A DNA stretch of 40,780 nt, from assembly GCA_020024235.1 (NCBI GenBank), contig JAHHUA010000001.1:1-40780 (forward strand), in the 5' to 3' direction. Numbering within the stretch: the stretch's first letter is position 1; each line of letters opens with the position of its first letter. This DNA is from Oscillospiraceae bacterium (GTDB lineage: Bacteria; Bacillota; Clostridia; Oscillospirales; Ruminococcaceae). Made by a program: the position numbers and the translations under genes. The notes under the pieces were generated by a model. The model saw only the letters and a program-made list of their open reading frames with translations. It was not told the origin of the DNA and searched no databases. This document shows, one piece after another, positions 17,332 through 27,296 of the stretch.

Positions 17332-20130
17332 ATGTTTAAAATGGCAGCAGCAAAAAAGCCCAAACGTATGTCCGCTAAAGAAAAGGAAGCTCTCAGAAAA
17401 GCTAAAATGCAGATAAATGCACTTATTATGATGGCTGTCGGAGCAATTTTACTGGGACTTGTTCTTGTAAAAGGCGATGGAATTTGGTTCATTGCACATA
17501 ATTTTTTATTTGGAATGTTTGGTTTTACCGCATATTTAGTTCCTGTGGGTCTTATTTATCTGGCTGTTTTAACTGCTATGGATAAACCCGCTATGACACT
17601 TGGAGCTAAAATCTGGCAAACCATATTGCTGATTTTTTTAATTTCCAGTGCAGCACAAATATTCGGCTGGGGACTGCCTATGGAAGTTTCTCTTTGGGAC
17701 AAAATCAAAGAGCTGTATAACGGCGGCATAGCATTAAAAGGGGGCGGATTGGCATCCTCTTTGATAGGTGTGCCCTTTCTTATGCTTTTTGGGAAAACAG
17801 GGGCTAAAATCACCATTGTTGTGCTGATTATATTTATTTTTATGATTCTCACAGGAACAACAATAAAGGGAATTATCATTTTAGCTTCCAAACCTGTTAA
17901 AACCTTGGAAGAAAATTATGCTAAAAGAATTATGGAAAACGAAAATACCAAACAGAATAAAAAATTACCCAAATCCCCTGTACCCATTCCATCTGCTGAT
18001 ATTCAGCCTGTTTTTGGTATAAATGACCCTTTGGATCATGAAAACTTTATTGAGGGAAATACTTCTGTAACAGAACCTGTCTATTCAGCAAATAATGCAA
18101 ACAGCATTGAAGAAGATATTCTTATAAAAACCCCTTCAGGCAAATCCAAAAAGAAACATGAAGAACCCATTATAGATGAAAATATGCCCATGCATCCTGT
18201 TATTTCTCCAAAAGAAAGAAAAGAAGGCAACAGTAATCTAATGGCAGCTAAAGAAAACCTGTTAAACAATTTTAAACCTGCATCCACTGCTAAAATTACA
18301 CCTGAAAATATTTCTTCTTTGCCAGAAGACACCAAAGCTTCTGTCATAAGTCAAGTAAAAGACCCTGAAACAGTTACAGAAAACCAAATTGAACCGTCTG
18401 TCAGCTCTGAAAATCTGACAGATGAAACAGTGGCAGAACAGGAAATTTCCCTTTCTAAACCTGTTTCAGAAGATACTTTCACTGAAACTTCCGAACCTGA
18501 ATATCAGAATACTGACAAAAAAGAAGACTACATAGATGATATTGTAAACAAAGCTGTATTAAATGAAGTTGAAAATCCTTTTTCGGAATCTCAGGATATT
18601 TTCGGCGACGAAACTCCCGAAGAATCTGCTGAAGAAGAAAAAACAATAGAACAGATTTACAATTTTCCGCCTTTAAATCTTTTGGCTGAACAGGAAAATG
18701 AAGAAGATGAAAACATCACAGAGGAATTAAAGGCAAATGCTCAGAAATTAGTGGATACTTTACAGTCATTCGGTGTACAGACCCGTATAACAGAAATTTG
18801 CCGAGGTCCTGCTGTAACCCGCTATGAACTTCAGCCCTCAGCAGGTGTAAAAATCAGCAAAATTACCAGTCTTTCCGATGATATTGCCTTAAATCTTGCC
18901 ACAGCAGGAGTGCGTATCGAAGCTCCTATACCTAATAAAGCTGCTGTAGGCATAGAGGTGCCCAATAAAACCATTTCCGCTGTTGGTATTAAAGAAATTA
19001 TTGACTCCTTGGAATTTTCCGAAGCCAAAAGCCGTTTGACTGTGGCTATGGGTAAGGATATTGCCGGCAATATAACTGTAGCTGATCTTGCCAAAATGCC
19101 CCATTTGCTTATTGCAGGTGCTACAGGTTCAGGTAAATCTGTATGTATTAACTCAATTATTATAAGCCTTTTATTTAAATCCTCCCCTGATGAAGTAAAA
19201 CTTCTCATGGTTGACCCCAAAGTGGTGGAACTTGGCATATATAACGGCATACCTCATTTGTTAGTACCTGTTGTAACCGACCCCAGAAAAGCCGCAGGTG
19301 CTCTTAACTGGGCTGTTTCCGAAATGTTAAACCGCTATAAGCTTTTTGCAGACAGCGGTGTAAGAGATTTAAAAGGATATAATCGTCTATGTCAAAAAAG
19401 TGATAATGAAAATCTCAAACCCATGCCTCAAATTGTAATTATTATTGACGAGCTTGCCGACCTTATGATGGCAGCTCCCAATGAAGTTGAAGATGCTATT
19501 TGCCGTCTGGCACAAATGGCAAGAGCTGCGGGTATGCACCTTGTTATAGCTACACAGCGTCCTTCGGTAGATGTTATTACAGGAGTTATCAAGGCAAATA
19601 TTCCGTCAAGAATAGCTTTCTCCGTTTCTTCACAGGTTGACTCCAGAACAATTTTGGACGGCTCAGGAGCAGAAAAACTGCTGGGCAGAGGTGATATGCT
19701 TTTCTATCCTGTAGGTATGCCCAAACCCACCCGTGTGCAGGGCTGCTTTGTAAGCGATGAAGAAGTGGAAAATGTAGTTGAATTTATTAAAAACCGTGAT
19801 AATAATGCCGAATATGACCAGGATATTATTGATGAAATCGACCGTCAGGCTGTACCTGAAAAAAATGCTAAAAACTCTTCTCATGACGGAGGCGGATTTG
19901 ATGATGCCGATGAAATGCTGTCAGATGCCATTGAATGTGTAGTGGAAATGGGACAAGCCTCCACCTCCATGCTCCAGCGAAAACTTAAACTTGGTTATGC
20001 CAGAGCTGCCCGTATTATAGACCAACTGGAAGAGAGAGGAATAGTAGGCGAATATGAGGGCAGTAAACCACGGCAGGTACTTATCACTCATGACCAATGG
20101 GTTGAAATGAAAATGAGAGAAAATAATTAA
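17332..20130 (+). CDS. ftsK: DNA translocase FtsK/SpoIIIE
   Basis: N-terminal TM segments, an acidic linker of about 330 aa, a motor domain (Walker A GATGSGKS, Walker [12 protein letters not shown]) and a C-terminal gamma winged-helix ([28 protein letters not shown]). An alternative ATG at 17341 has better spacing from AAGGTGG. Confidence 0.93.
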   Translation: MFKMAAAKKPKRMSAKEKEALRKAKMQINALIMMAVGAILLGLVLVKGDGIWFIAHNFLFGMFGFTAYLVPVGLIYLAVLTAMDKPAMTLGAKIWQTILLIFLISSAAQIFGWGLPMEVSLWDKIKELYNGGIALKGGGLASSLIGVPFLMLFGKTGAKITIVVLIIFIFMILTGTTIKGIIILASKPVKTLEENYAKRIMENENTKQNKKLPKSPVPIPSADIQPVFGINDPLDHENFIEGNTSVTEPVYSANNANSIEEDILIKTPSGKSKKKHEEPIIDENMPMHPVISPKERKEGNSNLMAAKENLLNNFKPASTAKITPENISSLPEDTKASVISQVKDPETVTENQIEPSVSSENLTDETVAEQEISLSKPVSEDTFTETSEPEYQNTDKKEDYIDDIVNKAVLNEVENPFSESQDIFGDETPEESAEEEKTIEQIYNFPPLNLLAEQENEEDENITEELKANAQKLVDTLQSFGVQTRITEICRGPAVTRYELQPSAGVKISKITSLSDDIALNLATAGVRIEAPIPNKAAVGIEVPNKTISAVGIKEIIDSLEFSEAKSRLTVAMGKDIAGNITVADLAKMPHLLIAGATGSGKSVCINSIIISLLFKSSPDEVKLLMVDPKVVELGIYNGIPHLLVPVVTDPRKAAGALNWAVSEMLNRYKLFADSGVRDLKGYNRLCQKSDNENLKPMPQIVIIIDELADLMMAAPNEVEDAICRLAQMARAAGMHLVIATQRPSVDVITGVIKANIPSRIAFSVSSQVDSRTILDGSGAEKLLGRGDMLFYPVGMPKPTRVQGCFVSDEEVENVVEFIKNRDNNAEYDQDIIDEIDRQAVPEKNAKNSSHDGGGFDDADEMLSDAIECVVEMGQASTSMLQRKLKLGYARAARIIDQLEERGIVGEYEGSKPRQVLITHDQWVEMKMRENN

Positions 20131-20217
20131 TTTATAAGAACTTTATTTTACAAAAAGTATTATATAATATATTTATACTGATAATATAATTTTTAATTTT
20201 TATAAACACTTATAAAA

Positions 20218-20250
20218 ACAGCTCTGTTTTAACTATACAGGGCTGTTTTT
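20218..20250 (+). terminator. Rho-independent terminator after ftsK
   Basis: ACAGCTCTG-(11 nt)-CAGGGCTGT (9 bp including one G-U pair) followed by TTTT. Confidence 0.65.
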
Positions 20251-20463
20251 AGGTTGTATTTAATAACTTTTAGTATTTTTATAATATATAATTACATTTA
20301 GTATGATAGGTTTATATTATTTCTTTAATAAATTCCAATATTACAAAATATATTTACAGTAAAATCCATTTTATAATATTTGGTTTTTCTTGTTTAATTC
20401 CTTTTTTTATGTTATTATTAAAAAACAGAATATTAATTTTTTATAATAATATGGAGGTTTTTT

Positions 20464-22371
20464 GTGTACACTGAATATTTACCGGTCAGCCTTGACGATA
20501 TGAAACAAAGAGGCTGGGAAGAACTTGATTTTATCTGTGTTACAGGTGATGCTTATGTAGATCACCCCAGTTTCGGAATTGCCATAGTTGGCCGTATTTT
20601 AGAAAAAATGGGTTTTAGAGTAGGCATGATTTGTCAGCCTAACTATCATTCAAATAAGGATTTTATGCGATTGGGAAAACCTAAGCTGGGATTTTGGGTT
20701 ACAGCCGGAAATATTGATTCCATGGTCAATAACTACACTGCTGCCAAAAGAAAACGCAGTGATGACAGTTACTCTCCCGGAAATGTGGCAGGTGCTCGCC
20801 CGGACAGAGCAGCTACTGTTTACTGCAATAAAATCAGAGAAATTTACCCCGATTCCTTTATTATAACCGGAGGATTGGAGTCTTCCCTTCGCCGTTTTGC
20901 CCATTATGATTATTGGGACGACAAAGTTCTTCCATCAATTTTAGTAGACAGCAAAGCTGATTTACTTATCTATGGTATGGGAGAACATCAGACCTTTGAA
21001 ATTGCAAATGCTATCAGAGAAGGAAAATCAATTTATGAAATGAGGAAAATTCGTGGTATAGCTTATTTATGTGAACAATTTGATTTACCTGAAGATTCAG
21101 TAACCTGTGCATCTTTTTCAAAGGTTTCTACTGACAAAGAAGCTTATGCCAGAGCCTGCAAAATGCAAATGGAACAACAAGACCATATTTACGGCAAAAA
21201 TATAGTACAAAAACAAACAGATACCTTATATCTTGTCCAAACCAAACCTGCTATTCCTTTAGCTGAAGAAGAATTGGATAAGGTTTTTGACTTGCCATTT
21301 ACCCGTATGTATCACCCTATGTATGAAAAAATGGGCGGCATTAAAGCTATTGAAGAAGTGGAATTTTCCATTATGCACAATCGTGGCTGTTATGGAAACT
21401 GCAACTTTTGTGCAATAGCTTTACATCAGGGAAGAGTCGTAACTTCCCGAAGCCATGACTCCATTATTAAAGAGGCTAAAGCTTATACTGAAAATCCACG
21501 ATTTAAAGGCTATATTCATGATGTAGGCGGTCCTACTGCAAACTTTAGAGGTCCTTCCTGTGATAAGCAGCTTAAATACGGTATGTGCCCCAACAAAAAA
21601 TGTTTGGGATTTAACCCATGTCCCGCTTTGAAAGTTGACCACAGCGATTATTTAAAGCTGCTCCGTGAATTAAGAGAAATTAAAGGTGTAAAAAAAGTTT
21701 TTGTTCGTTCAGGTTTGCGTTTTGACTATATGATGATGGATAAAGATGACAGCTTTATGAGAGAACTTATTAATTACCATATCAGCGGCCAGTTAAAAGT
21801 AGCTCCTGAACATTGCAGCAACAATGTTTTACATTATATGGGTAAACCCCCTGTCAGCGTTTTTGACAAATTCAGAGAAAAATTTTATAAAATAACCAAT
21901 GAAGTGGGAAAAGAACAATACCTTGTTCCATACCTTATGTCATCTCATCCCGGCAGTACCATGAAAGATGCTTTGGAATTGGCAGTATATTTAAAACGCC
22001 ATCGTATGCGACCTGAACAGGTACAGGATTTTTATCCAACTCCCGGTACTATATCTACCTGTATGTTTTACACAGGTTTAGATCCTCTTACTATGGAACC
22101 TGTATATATTCCCAAGACCTCACAGGAAAAACACAACCAAAGAATTTTGCTCCAATACTATAAACCCGAAAACCGCAGAGAAATTATCGGAATACTAATT
22201 AAAATGGGCAGAACAGATTTAATTGGCACAGGCCCTGATTGTTTAGTTTCTCCTGATGAAAAATATCTTCGAGATAAAAACTATATTGAGCAAAAGAAAA
22301 AAGAACAACCTAAGAAATTTTCCCGATATTCTAAAAAGAATATGCCCAATAAAGGCGGCAAAAAAAGATAG
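20464..22371 (+). CDS. YgiQ family (UPF0313) radical SAM protein
   Basis: 635 aa with CxxxCxxC (GCYGNCNFC) at about residue 309 and a characteristic N-terminus (DFICVTGDAYVDHPSFG). The C-terminal tail is lysine-rich. GTG start 6 nt after GGAGG. Confidence 0.85.
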   Translation: MYTEYLPVSLDDMKQRGWEELDFICVTGDAYVDHPSFGIAIVGRILEKMGFRVGMICQPNYHSNKDFMRLGKPKLGFWVTAGNIDSMVNNYTAAKRKRSDDSYSPGNVAGARPDRAATVYCNKIREIYPDSFIITGGLESSLRRFAHYDYWDDKVLPSILVDSKADLLIYGMGEHQTFEIANAIREGKSIYEMRKIRGIAYLCEQFDLPEDSVTCASFSKVSTDKEAYARACKMQMEQQDHIYGKNIVQKQTDTLYLVQTKPAIPLAEEELDKVFDLPFTRMYHPMYEKMGGIKAIEEVEFSIMHNRGCYGNCNFCAIALHQGRVVTSRSHDSIIKEAKAYTENPRFKGYIHDVGGPTANFRGPSCDKQLKYGMCPNKKCLGFNPCPALKVDHSDYLKLLRELREIKGVKKVFVRSGLRFDYMMMDKDDSFMRELINYHISGQLKVAPEHCSNNVLHYMGKPPVSVFDKFREKFYKITNEVGKEQYLVPYLMSSHPGSTMKDALELAVYLKRHRMRPEQVQDFYPTPGTISTCMFYTGLDPLTMEPVYIPKTSQEKHNQRILLQYYKPENRREIIGILIKMGRTDLIGTGPDCLVSPDEKYLRDKNYIEQKKKEQPKKFSRYSKKNMPNKGGKKR

Positions 22372-22384
22372 GCGGTGAAATTTT

Positions 22385-23380
22385 ATGGCTAAAAAGAAGA
22401 AAAAACAATATTCTATTGGTTTAGTGCCATTACTGACTCTTTCTATTTCTTTTTCAATACTGCTGACAGTGTTTTTGGCAGGATATTTTAATTTATCTCC
22501 GGCACTTAAAAGATTTTCAGACAATGTTATTACAGTAATAAGTACAGTTTTTGACAATGCAGAAACTAGCTATTCCACAAAACCGCCTGCGGGAAGCAAT
22601 TTAGAAGTCCATTATATTGATGTGGGACAGGGCGACAGTATTTTAATCAGAACCTCTCAGAAAAATGTCCTTATTGATGCGGGCGAAAACAACAAAGGTG
22701 ATGTGGTGGTAAATTATTTAAAAAAACTGGGCATAAAAAGTTTGGATATAATCATAGGCACACACCCTCATTCCGACCATATAGGCGGTATGGATTTGGT
22801 AATAGACAATATGAATATAAACACTGTAATAATGCCAAAACTCCCTGACAATATGATTCCCACCACCCGTACCTATGAAGATGTGTTAAAATCCATTCAG
22901 CGTAAAAATTTAAAAATAACACCTGCAAAGCCCTATGATGAATATGATTTGGGAGGAGGAGCCAAACTTACAATTTTAGCTCCCCTTACAGATTTAAAAG
23001 GACTTAATAATATGTCAGTGGTAAGCAGACTGGATTTTGGAGAATGTTCATTTTTATTTACGGGAGATATTGAAAAAGAAGCAGAAGAAAACCTTTTGAC
23101 TAATCTGAAAAATATTGAAATTTTAGATGTGGATATATATGATACACCTCACCATGGTTCCAATTCTTCATCAACAGCTAAATTTTTGAAGGCTGTTTCA
23201 CCAAAAGCAGCTATGATTTCCTGTGGACAGGGCAATGATTACGGACACCCACACAAAGAAACCATAACCAAACTTTTAAAAATTACTGATGAAGTCCATC
23301 GTACAGATTTGGAAGGTTCTATTGTAATTAAATGCGATGGAAAAAACTATACATTTGAAAGTAAAAAAATGAAAGGATAA
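22385..23380 (+). CDS. Membrane-anchored MBL-fold hydrolase, ComEC C-terminal-domain type
   Basis: TM helix LVPLLTLSISFSILLTVFLAGYF, then HYIDVGQGDSILI, GTHPHSDHIGG, and HHGS...CG..N.YGHPH. Confidence 0.8.
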   Translation: MAKKKKKQYSIGLVPLLTLSISFSILLTVFLAGYFNLSPALKRFSDNVITVISTVFDNAETSYSTKPPAGSNLEVHYIDVGQGDSILIRTSQKNVLIDAGENNKGDVVVNYLKKLGIKSLDIIIGTHPHSDHIGGMDLVIDNMNINTVIMPKLPDNMIPTTRTYEDVLKSIQRKNLKITPAKPYDEYDLGGGAKLTILAPLTDLKGLNNMSVVSRLDFGECSFLFTGDIEKEAEENLLTNLKNIEILDVDIYDTPHHGSNSSSTAKFLKAVSPKAAMISCGQGNDYGHPHKETITKLLKITDEVHRTDLEGSIVIKCDGKNYTFESKKMKG

Positions 23381-23386
23381 TGCTGT

Positions 23387-23608
23387 ATGGACAAACAATT
23401 TTTAGTAGTAGAAAAAATCGAAAGAGGACACGCTTTCTGTGAAGATTCAGCTAAAAATATTATAATGATTCCATTGTTAAATCTGCCGCCGAATATTAAG
23501 GAAAATGACTGTATACGCATTTTGGAAAAAGGCTATATAATTGATGAAGAATTAACTTTAAACCGCAAAAAAAATATTACCAATCTCAGCAAAACTCTGT
23601 TTAAATAA
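23387..23608 (+). CDS. DUF3006-like small protein
   Basis: 73 aa starting FLVVEKIERGHAFCED...IPLLNLPPNIKENDCI. As I recall, this family commonly follows ComEC-type MBL genes. SD is AAAGGA. Confidence 0.55.
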   Translation: MDKQFLVVEKIERGHAFCEDSAKNIIMIPLLNLPPNIKENDCIRILEKGYIIDEELTLNRKKNITNLSKTLFK

Positions 23609-23635
23609 TTTTTATGCTAATAATCCCATAATATA

Positions 23636-23672
23636 AATCCCCTATGAATATAAAATCATAGGGGATTTTTCT
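23636..23672 (+). terminator. Rho-independent terminator after DUF3006 gene
   Basis: 12-bp perfect stem AATCCCCTATGA / TCATAGGGGATT with an 8-nt loop, followed by TTT. Confidence 0.8.
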
Positions 23673-23680
23673 ATATATAC

Positions 23681-23708
23681 AAAAAAGGACACCCGAAAAG
23701 GTGTCCTT
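23681..23708 (-). terminator. Rho-independent terminator after rplQ (end of alpha operon)
   Basis: Minus strand: AAGGACACC-TTTTCG-GGTGTCCTT followed by TTTTG. Confidence 0.8.
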
Positions 23709-23725
23709 TATTATTAAAGCTTTAA

Positions 23726-24067
23726 TTAAACAAGCTCGATTATTGCCATCTCAGCTGCGTCGCCACGGCGAGGTCCAACTTTAACGATTCTAGTGTAACC
23801 ACCGTTTCTCTCTTTGTATTTAGGAGAAATTTCGTCAAAAAGTTTTTTAGCAACCTCTTCCTTTGTAATATAGGAATATACTTGACGCTTGGAGTGGAGG
23901 TCATCTTGCTTAGCCTTAGTAATCATTTTCTCAGTCATAGCACGAACTTCTTTAGCTCTTGTAACTGTAGTTTCAATTTTACCGTTTTCCAACAAGAATG
24001 TAACCATAGCTCTAAGCATAGCAGTTCTGTGGCTTGTAGTTCTACCGAGTTTTCTGGTACCTGGCAT
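23726..24067 (-). CDS. rplQ: 50S ribosomal protein L17
   Basis: [21 protein letters not shown]... AAAGGAGTG followed by 6 nt points to the ATG at 24067. The ORF-track start at 24091 is an upstream extension. Confidence 0.95.
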   Translation of the reverse strand: MPGTRKLGRTTSHRTAMLRAMVTFLLENGKIETTVTRAKEVRAMTEKMITKAKQDDLHSKRQVYSYITKEEVAKKLFDEISPKYKERNGGYTRIVKVGPRRGDAAEMAIIELV

Positions 24068-24109
24068 TGTATTCACTCCTTTACCTTGCATTTAAGGAAA
24101 TAATGTTTA

Positions 24110-25066
24110 TTATTCTTCTTCCCCATTAAGGTTAAAACCCAAGGATTCTAACTTTGAAATTACCTCTTCAAGAGATTTCTTTCCGAGGTTTCTAACCTTC
24201 ATCATTTCTTCCGGAGATTTGCTGATGAGGTCATTTACTGTATTCACACCTGCACGCTTGAGGCAGTTAAACGCACGAACACCTAAGTCAAGCTCTTCAA
24301 TGGTCATCTCAAGTGCCTTTTCCTTGCCGTCATCCTCCTTGTGTTCGAGGATTTCAGTAGCATTCACTTCATCGGAAAGTTCCACAAAGTGATTGAGCTG
24401 TCTATTGAGGATCTTGGCAGACAAGCTGACCGCTTCCTTGGCGGAAATAGTTCCATCTGTCCAAACTTCGATAGTTAATTTATCGTAGTCTGTTATCTGT
24501 TCTACTCTGGTATTTTCAACATAGTAGTTAACTTTGAGTACAGGAGTATAAATGCTGTCCACTGCAAGAGTATCAACAGAAACCTTTTCATCAAAGTTTT
24601 CTCTGTTCTTTTCAGCGGAAACATAGCCCTGACCCTTGTCAACAACTATTTCCATATTCAGTTTTGCGCCTACACCTAAAGTAGCAATGTGCATACTTGG
24701 GTCTAATATCTGCACGGATTCATTAGGTTCTATTGAGCCTGCGGTAACTTCACCTTCGCCTTCAGCTTTAAGATAAAGTGTTACAGGTTCTTCCCCTTCC
24801 AATTTAATGGTAAGTCCCTTCATATTGAGAATGATTTCTGTTACATCTTCTTTTACGCCGGGAATTGTGGAGAATTCGTGCACTACGCCGTCAATTCTGA
24901 TTGATTTGACAGCTACACCAGGAAGCGAGGAGAGCAGCACACGCCTTAGGCTGTTGCCCAATGTTGTACCAAAGCCTCTGTCTAATGGCTCGGCAATAAA
25001 CTTTCCGTAAGTACCGTCTGGTTTAAGCTCTGCCGTTTCAATCTTCGGCTCAATAATTTTTACCAT
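24110..25066 (-). CDS. rpoA: DNA-directed RNA polymerase subunit alpha
   Basis: 318 aa with an N-terminal domain ([17 protein letters not shown]) and a C-terminal domain ([22 protein letters not shown]). Confidence 0.96.
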   Translation of the reverse strand: MVKIIEPKIETAELKPDGTYGKFIAEPLDRGFGTTLGNSLRRVLLSSLPGVAVKSIRIDGVVHEFSTIPGVKEDVTEIILNMKGLTIKLEGEEPVTLYLKAEGEGEVTAGSIEPNESVQILDPSMHIATLGVGAKLNMEIVVDKGQGYVSAEKNRENFDEKVSVDTLAVDSIYTPVLKVNYYVENTRVEQITDYDKLTIEVWTDGTISAKEAVSLSAKILNRQLNHFVELSDEVNATEILEHKEDDGKEKALEMTIEELDLGVRAFNCLKRAGVNTVNDLISKSPEEMMKVRNLGKKSLEEVISKLESLGFNLNGEEE

Positions 25067-25136
25067 AAAACCCCTCCTATAAAGACAGATATATAGTCTG
25101 TCATAATGTTCGCATTCCTACTTAGCAGATTAATCA

Positions 25137-25778
25137 CTACTTGGAGTAGAGTTCGACGATGAGATGTTCTTCAACATCAATGTCGATATCTTCTCTGTTA
25201 GGCATACGATTAATCTTACCTGACATATTAGACTTGTCACATTCCAGCCACATTGGAACAGGTCTTGCTCCGCAAGCTTCAATTACAGACTTAATCTTTT
25301 CAGATTGTCTGGATTTTTCAGCTACAGCAATAACGTCGTTTTCTTTGCAGAGGTAGGAAGGAATGTTTACCTTCTTGCCGTTAACTGTAAAGTGGTTGTG
25401 ACGAACAAGTTGTCTTGCTTCTTTTCTGGAAGAAGCGAAACCTAATCTGTAAACGATGTTGTCCAAACGGCTTTCGACAATTCTCAAAAGGTTTTCACCT
25501 GTAATGCCTTCTTTACGTTCAGCAACTTCAAAGTATTTATAAAATTGATTTTCTGCAACTCCGTAATAACGTTTAGCGGATTGCTTAGCTCTTAACTGCA
25601 AACCATATTCGGAAACCTTCTTACGAGAAGCTCCATGTTGTCCGGGTACTGTAGGACGACCTGCCTGAGCACGTCTGTCCAAAGCACACTTATCGGAGTA
25701 ACATCTTTCGCCTTTAAGGAAAAGTTTTTTTCCTTCACGGCGGCATTGTCTGCAGGATGGGCCTGTATATCTAGCCAT
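25137..25778 (-). CDS. rpsD: 30S ribosomal protein S4
   Basis: [31 protein letters not shown]... AGGAGGTG followed by 7 nt points to the ATG at 25778. The ORF-track start at 25835 overlaps rpsK. Confidence 0.95.
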   Translation of the reverse strand: MARYTGPSCRQCRREGKKLFLKGERCYSDKCALDRRAQAGRPTVPGQHGASRKKVSEYGLQLRAKQSAKRYYGVAENQFYKYFEVAERKEGITGENLLRIVESRLDNIVYRLGFASSRKEARQLVRHNHFTVNGKKVNIPSYLCKENDVIAVAEKSRQSEKIKSVIEACGARPVPMWLECDKSNMSGKINRMPNREDIDIDVEEHLIVELYSK

Positions 25779-25804
25779 TTTGTTGCACCTCCTGATTTTA
25801 AAAC

Positions 25805-26206
25805 TTAAACGCGTCTTCTCTTTGGAGGACGGCATCCGTTGTGCGGAATAGGAGTAACGTCTTTAATCAGTGTAACTGTTAGACCGGTTGCCTCCAACGC
25901 ACGGATAGCAGCCTCACGACCTGCTCCAGGACCTTTAACATAAACTTCAACGGTTTTAAGTCCATGTTCCATTGCAGCCTTTGCAGCTGTTTCAGCAGCT
26001 TCTTGAGCAGCAAAAGGTGTGGATTTCTTAGAACCTCTAAAGCCCAATTCTCCGGCACTTGCCCAAGAAATAGCATTTCCTTGAGTATCGGAAATTGTTA
26101 CTATTGTGTTGTTAAAGGTTGATTGGATATGAACAGCGCCGCGTTCAATATTTTTACGTTCACGACGACGTGTACGAGTGGCCTTCTTTGGAGTAGCTTT
26201 TGCCAT
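25805..26206 (-). CDS. rpsK: 30S ribosomal protein S11
   Basis: [30 protein letters not shown]...[16 protein letters not shown]. Confidence 0.96.
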   Translation of the reverse strand: MAKATPKKATRTRRRERKNIERGAVHIQSTFNNTIVTISDTQGNAISWASAGELGFRGSKKSTPFAAQEAAETAAKAAMEHGLKTVEVYVKGPGAGREAAIRALEATGLTVTLIKDVTPIPHNGCRPPKRRRV

Positions 26207-26224
26207 CTCTTTATCCCTCCCTAA

Positions 26225-26593
26225 TTACTTCTTCTTATTAGCTATTGTTTTCTTTGGACCCTTTCTTGTACGTGCATTTGTCTTAGTACGCTGTCCTCTT
26301 ACGGGCAGACCTTTTCTATGACGCACGCCACGGAAGCATCCTACTTCGACAAGTCTTTTAATATTCATAGCTGTAGCTCTTCTCAAATCACCTTCAACTT
26401 GAACATTCTTGTCGATATATTCACGCAGCTTGGAAACATCATCTTCTGTAAGATCATTAACTCTTGTATCTGGGTTAATATCTGTTGCAGCAAGGATTTC
26501 CTTAGCTGTTTTCTGACCTATACCAAGAATGTAGGTCAGACCAATTTCAACTCGCTTATCTCTAGGCAAGTCAACACCAGCAATACGTGCCAT
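26225..26593 (-). CDS. rpsM: 30S ribosomal protein S13
   Basis: [26 protein letters not shown]... Confidence 0.96.
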   Translation of the reverse strand: MARIAGVDLPRDKRVEIGLTYILGIGQKTAKEILAATDINPDTRVNDLTEDDVSKLREYIDKNVQVEGDLRRATAMNIKRLVEVGCFRGVRHRKGLPVRGQRTKTNARTRKGPKKTIANKKK

Positions 26594-26628
26594 TTATTGT
26601 TGCACCTCCATTATATAGGTTTGCACTG

Positions 26629-26742
26629 TTAGCCCTGACGCTGTTTGTGCTTAGGGTTTGCGCATATTACCATTATGCGGCCTTTGCGTTTAATAACTTT
26701 GCATTTTTCGCACATGGGCTTAACGGAAGGTCTTACTTTCAT
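26629..26742 (-). CDS. rpmJ: 50S ribosomal protein L36 (Zn-binding form)
   Basis: Not in the ORF track. Hand translation gives [37 protein letters not shown] (37 aa). SD is AAGGAGGT. Confidence 0.93.
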   Translation of the reverse strand: MKVRPSVKPMCEKCKVIKRKGRIMVICANPKHKQRQG

Positions 26743-26787
26743 TTCATATACCTCCTTGTTTGTACCCTTTTTTAAGGATTAAAAACT

Positions 26788-27006
26788 CTATTTTGATCTC
26801 CATGTAATGCGACCCTTAGATAAATCATAAGGGGACATTTCTATGGTTACTTTATCACCCGGCAGGATTTTAATGAAATTCATTCTCAGTTTACCTGAGA
26901 TATGAGCCAGGATTTGATGACCGTTAGGCAGCTCAACTTTGAACTGCGCATTCGGCAATGCCTCAAGTACAGTGCCCTCTAATTCTATTACGTCTTCCTT
27001 AGACAA
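26788..27006 (-). CDS. infA: Translation initiation factor IF-1
   Basis: [52 protein letters not shown]. The start codon is TTG (caa at 27004-27006), 7 nt after AAAGGAGGT. Confidence 0.95.
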   Translation of the reverse strand: MSKEDVIELEGTVLEALPNAQFKVELPNGHQILAHISGKLRMNFIKILPGDKVTIEMSPYDLSKGRITWRSK

Positions 27007-27035
27007 GCAGACTACCTCCTTTGGTAACTAAAGCT

Positions 27036-27284
27036 TTATTTTTCCTCACCGTAATTAAAACGGTGCAAAGCATTTCTTATCTGTTTGTCGGTTCCAATTC
27101 TTTCCGAACTTAAAACCGTATTAGTTTTTTGCAGATGTTTAAGGTTTTTCTTTTTTGGCTTATCCAAAGTCCTTAATTTGCCATCACAAATGAAAGCAAA
27201 ATCATTTTCAACTTTAATCACTGCAAAAAAGCGATTTGCATCATGTCCGGACTTAGACATTACTACTGTTCCGACGGAAATCAT
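27036..27284 (-). CDS. Small KOW-domain (L14e-like) putative RNA-binding protein
   Basis: 82 aa with the KOW-like motif VGTVVMSKSGHDANRFFAVI followed by a basic segment KPKKKNLKHL. It sits between map and infA inside the operon. SD is AGGGGGA. Confidence 0.7.
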   Translation of the reverse strand: MISVGTVVMSKSGHDANRFFAVIKVENDFAFICDGKLRTLDKPKKKNLKHLQKTNTVLSSERIGTDKQIRNALHRFNYGEEK

Positions 27285-27296
27285 TATTTTCCCCCT

